In this document: positions 7,979-11,126 of the stretch, in pieces
Layout of the letters: each line of letters begins with the position of its first letter
Position numbering within the stretch: the stretch's first letter is position 1
Virus record (IMG/VR): IMGVR_UViG_2695420564_000012
DNA length: 11,126 nt
DNA from: a virus
Lineage: Duplodnaviria; Heunggongvirae; Uroviricota; Caudoviricetes
Reading direction: 5' to 3' (one strand)
Translations under genes and position numbers: made by a program
Notes under the pieces: model-generated
Told to the model about the DNA's origin: nothing
The model's input: the letters and a program-made list of their open reading frames with translations, nothing else
Databases searched by the model: none

Positions 7979-8132
7979 TCTTGTGGGAGAATGTAATAGG
8001 ATAACGATAAATGCATCTATCTGCATTAATTCGAATAAGGTTGAGAGGAGTTCAAAAACAAATTTAGACCGGCATTAGAGTGGTTCAGATAGACATATGC
8101 AACTGCATTAAAACCGCCCCGTGAAGCGGGCG

Positions 8133-8151
8133 GGCGAGGCGGGGAAAGCAC
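8133..8151. other. P2-type cos cohesive-end sequence (GGCGAGGCGGGGAAAGCAC), joined as in a prophage
   Basis: 19-nt string matches the P2 cohesive end as I recall it. Lies in a GC-rich non-coding stretch just downstream of the portal gene, the expected position relative to Q. Adjacent inverted repeat CCGCCC/GGGCGG at 8114-8133. Confidence 0.65.
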
Positions 8152-8293
8152 TGCGCGCTGGCGGTGGTGCTGATTTTATTTTTTCAGCGTCTGAGCGCGT
8201 CGTGATGGCGTTTAGATTGTGCGCCGGGGCGTTGGTGTGTCTGCGGGCTGTTTTGTGCGGTGTTGAGCGTGTGAGGGCGTGATGACGGGGTGT

Positions 8294-8315
8294 AAAAAAG
8301 CCGCCCGCAGGCGGC
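8294..8315 (-). terminator. Rho-independent terminator of the P-Q (terminase-portal) operon
   Basis: Perfect 6-bp GC stem GCCGCC/GGCGGC (8300-8305 / 8310-8315) with a 4-nt loop, followed on the - strand by a U6 run (A6 at 8294-8299 on +). Located 5 nt downstream of the portal stop. Confidence 0.7.
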
Positions 8316-8320
8316 GATGT

Positions 8321-9310
8321 TCAGCCGTTGTCAGTGTCCAGTGAGTAGTTTTTAAAGCGGATGACCTCCTGACCGAGCCAGCCGTTTATCTCGCGGATCC
8401 TGTCCTGTAGCGGGATAAGCTCATTGCGGACAAAGACCTTTGCCACTTTCTCAATATCACCCAGCGACCCGACGTTCTCCGGCTTGCCGCCCATCAACTG
8501 AAAGGGGATGCGGTGCGCGTCCAGCAGGTCAGTGGCGCTGGCTTTTTTGATATTAAAAAAATCGTCCTTCGTTGCCACTTCACTGAGCGGGATAATTTTA
8601 ATGCCGTCGGCTTTCCCCTGCGGGGCATAGAGAAACAGATTTTTAAAGTTGTTGCGGCCTTTCGACTTCACCATGTTTTCGCGAAGCATTTCGATATCGT
8701 TGCGATCCTGCACGGCATCGGTGACGTACATGATGTATCCGGCATGTGCGCCGTTTTCGTAATACTTGCGGCGGAACAGCGTGGCCGATTCATTCAGCCA
8801 GGCAGAGTTAAGGGCGCTGAGATATTCCGGCAGGCCGTACAGCTCCTGATTAATATCGGGCTCCAGCAGGTGAAACACGGAGCCGGGCGTGAAAGGTGTC
8901 GGCTCGTTGAAGGACGGCACCCACCAGTAAACATCCTCCTCCACCCCACGGCGGGTATATTTTGCCGGTGAGGTTTCCAGTCTGATGACCTTACCGGTGG
9001 TGCTGTAACGCTTTTCCAGAAACGCATTACCGAACACCAGAAAATCCAGCACAAAGCGGCTGAAATCCTGCTGGGAAAGCCACGGATGCGGGATAAATGT
9101 CGACGCCAGAATATTGCGTTTGACGTAAATCGGGGAGCTGTGATGTACGGCAGCACGCAGGCTTTTTTCCAGACCGGTAAAGCTGACCGGTGGCTCATAC
9201 CATCTGCCGTTACTGATGCACTCGACGTAATCCAGAATGTCACGGCGGTCGAGTACCGGCACCGGCTCACCAAAGGTGAATGCCTCCATTTTCGGGGCGC
9301 TGGCGGTCAT
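8321..9310 (-). CDS. Q: P2 gpQ-like portal protein; native start appears to be ATG at 9354 but is out of frame because of an A7/T7 homopolymer
   Basis: 329-aa ORF matching my recollection of the P2 portal (MTASAPKMEAFTFGEPVPVLDRRDILDY...). An ATG at 9354 with GGAG SD overlaps the terminase stop and encodes MSKKKGKTPQPAAKK before hitting TGA. One extra A would fuse the frames to 344 aa. Confidence 0.9.
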   Translation of the reverse strand: MTASAPKMEAFTFGEPVPVLDRRDILDYVECISNGRWYEPPVSFTGLEKSLRAAVHHSSPIYVKRNILASTFIPHPWLSQQDFSRFVLDFLVFGNAFLEKRYSTTGKVIRLETSPAKYTRRGVEEDVYWWVPSFNEPTPFTPGSVFHLLEPDINQELYGLPEYLSALNSAWLNESATLFRRKYYENGAHAGYIMYVTDAVQDRNDIEMLRENMVKSKGRNNFKNLFLYAPQGKADGIKIIPLSEVATKDDFFNIKKASATDLLDAHRIPFQLMGGKPENVGSLGDIEKVAKVFVRNELIPLQDRIREINGWLGQEVIRFKNYSLDTDNG

Positions 9311-9353
9311 TTTTTTGCCGCAGGTTGCGGTGTTTTCCCTTTTTTCTTGCTCA

Positions 9354-11126
9354 TCAGTAAAACTCCAGAATGGTGGATGTCAGCGGGGTGCTGATACCGG
9401 CGGTGAGTGGCTCATTTAACAGGGCGTGCATGGTCGCCCAGGCGAGGTCGGCGTGGCTGGCTTCCTCGCTGCGGCTGGCCTCATAGGTGGCGCTGCGTCC
9501 GCTGCTGGTCATGGTCTTGCGGATAGCCATAAACGAGCTGGTGATGTCGGTGGCGCTGACGTCATATTCCAGACAGCCACGGCGGATAACGTCTTTTGCC
9601 TTGAGCACCATTGCGGTTTTCATTTCCGGCGTGTAGCGGATATCGCGCGCGGCGGGATAGAACGAGCGCACGAGCTGGAACACACCGACACCGAGGCCGG
9701 TGGCATCAATCCCTATGTATTCAACGTTATATTTTTCGGTGAGTTTGCGGATGGATTCTGCCTGGGTGGCAAAGTCCATGCCTTTCCACTGGTGACGCTC
9801 AAGGATCCTGAATTTGCCACCGGCCACCACCGGCGGTGCCAGCACCACGCATCCGGCGCTGTCGCCACGGTGTGACGGGTCGTAACCAATCCATACCGGG
9901 CGGGAGCCGAACGGATTTGCGGCAAACGGTGCATAGTCTTCCCATTCTTCCAGCGTATCGACCATGCAGCGTTGCAGCTCCTCGAACGGGAACACCGACG
10001 CCTTGTCGTCAACAAATTCACACATGAACAGGTTTTTAAAATCGTCGGCGCTGTTTTCGCGTTTAAGCTGCTCAATGTCGAACAGCGTGCAGCCACCTTT
10101 CAGGGCGTCCTCAATGGTGACAATCTGCCGCCACTGGCCGTCCGCACAGAGAAGACCTCCGGCAAGGGCGTTATGACTGACGTCGATTTCCACGCGTTCG
10201 GCGGCGCTGGCGCGTCCCCGGTTGAACAGTTCACCCGACCAGAACGGGTAGGCGTCGTGCGCCAGCGTGGACGGGGTGGAGAAATAGGTCGAGCGCAGGT
10301 GACTCTGTGAGGCCATACCTGATGCCACCTTACGCAGTACCTGAAAATTCGGGATCCAGAAAATCTCATCGACGTACAGGTCGCCGTTATGGCTCTGTGT
10401 GGTGTTGGAGTTGGTGCCGAGAAAAATCAGTTTTGCGCCGTTATTGCCCAGGACAATCGGGTCACCGGTCAGGTCAACGTCAACCAGCCGGGCAAAGGCG
10501 ATGATGTATTCGCGGAACACATACGCCTGTGTTTTACTGGCCGACAGAAAAATCTGGTTATGACCGGTTTTCAGGGCGCGCAGCAGCGCCTCGCGGGAAA
10601 AATAAAACGTCGCGCCAATCTGGCGGGATTTCAGGATATCGCGGATGCGGTGCTCAAGCCCGGCGCGATACCAGTGCAACTGATATTCGAAAGACTGCTC
10701 AAAGAAAATCTGCTCCAGCTTTTCGATGGCCTCGTCACTGAAAAAATTCTTTTTCGGTTTGCGGCGCCCGCCTTTGTTGCGGTTAGCGACGTTCGGATTA
10801 AGGTCTGCCTCGTTGCCGGTCTGACTGTAGCGGTTTACCCGTGCCAGTCGTTCAATCTGACGTCCCAGCAGGTCAATTTCCTTGAAGTCACCGCCGGTTT
10901 TCTGCGGTTTGATGATGAGCTGGGTCAGCCGCGCTTCCAGACTCATTTCGACACGGCTGATGGGGGCAACGCTGTCCCAGCCGTCGCGCTGTTTCCAGCT
11001 CTGCACCGTCGGGCGTTTCATCTGCAACATGGCGGCAATCTGCGGCACGGAAAACCCCTGCCAGTACAGCAGCGCCGCCTGACGACGCGGGTCGTGTAAA
11101 AGAGTGGTGTCTGTGGTGATGGTCAT
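9354..11126 (-). CDS. P: P2 gpP-like terminase large (ATPase/nuclease) subunit
   Basis: 590-aa ORF with ATG exactly at the window edge (11126-11124) and stop TGA at 9356-9354. Matches my recollection of P2 P in length and sequence. Immediately upstream of the portal on the same strand, as in P2. Confidence 0.92.
   Translation of the reverse strand: MTITTDTTLLHDPRRQAALLYWQGFSVPQIAAMLQMKRPTVQSWKQRDGWDSVAPISRVEMSLEARLTQLIIKPQKTGGDFKEIDLLGRQIERLARVNRYSQTGNEADLNPNVANRNKGGRRKPKKNFFSDEAIEKLEQIFFEQSFEYQLHWYRAGLEHRIRDILKSRQIGATFYFSREALLRALKTGHNQIFLSASKTQAYVFREYIIAFARLVDVDLTGDPIVLGNNGAKLIFLGTNSNTTQSHNGDLYVDEIFWIPNFQVLRKVASGMASQSHLRSTYFSTPSTLAHDAYPFWSGELFNRGRASAAERVEIDVSHNALAGGLLCADGQWRQIVTIEDALKGGCTLFDIEQLKRENSADDFKNLFMCEFVDDKASVFPFEELQRCMVDTLEEWEDYAPFAANPFGSRPVWIGYDPSHRGDSAGCVVLAPPVVAGGKFRILERHQWKGMDFATQAESIRKLTEKYNVEYIGIDATGLGVGVFQLVRSFYPAARDIRYTPEMKTAMVLKAKDVIRRGCLEYDVSATDITSSFMAIRKTMTSSGRSATYEASRSEEASHADLAWATMHALLNEPLTAGISTPLTSTILEFY

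Noticed and set aside
8011-8026. Small palindrome ATGCA...TGCAT in the HerA-to-cos spacer
   Set aside because: 5-bp AT-rich stem with no adjacent T-run on either strand; too weak to call a terminator or binding site.
8513-11099. Overlapping alternative-frame ORFs within the portal and terminase genes (e.g. 8513..8971 +, 8794..9273 -, 9426..9875 +, 10389..11099 +)
   Set aside because: GC-rich coding sequence produces long spurious frames; the - strand P and Q frames carry the recognisable phage protein sequences.
1-11126. CRISPR arrays, tRNA/rRNA genes, IS elements, attachment sites
   Set aside because: No regular repeat-spacer pattern, no cloverleaf-like or rRNA-like sequence, and no transposase or integrase ORF in the window. 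The int/att region of a P2-like prophage would lie beyond the left edge.

Overview
This window reads as part of an integrated P2-like (Peduovirus-type) prophage, with the cos junction internal. The left side carries the early/replication operon on the + strand: a Cox-like gene, small ORFs, gpB, orf80-83-like genes and the gpA rolling-circle initiator. The right side carries the cos site and the portal (gpQ) and large terminase (gpP) genes on the - strand. Between gpA and cos, where P2 itself carries tin/old, sits a ~3.3 kb AT-rich cargo of two overlapping + strand genes: a SIR2-family protein (415 aa) and a HerA-family ATPase (~606 aa). This matches the architecture of the Sir2-HerA anti-phage defence class and is the main candidate system. 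I cannot judge from sequence alone how diverged it is from described members. Secondary observations are an apparent frameshift at a homopolymer in the portal 5' end, an in-frame TAG inside the Cox-like gene next to a run of ambiguous bases, and an unassigned 127-codon ORF without an ATG start where the immunity repressor would be expected. All calls are from reading the sequence and recalled family knowledge; no searches were run.
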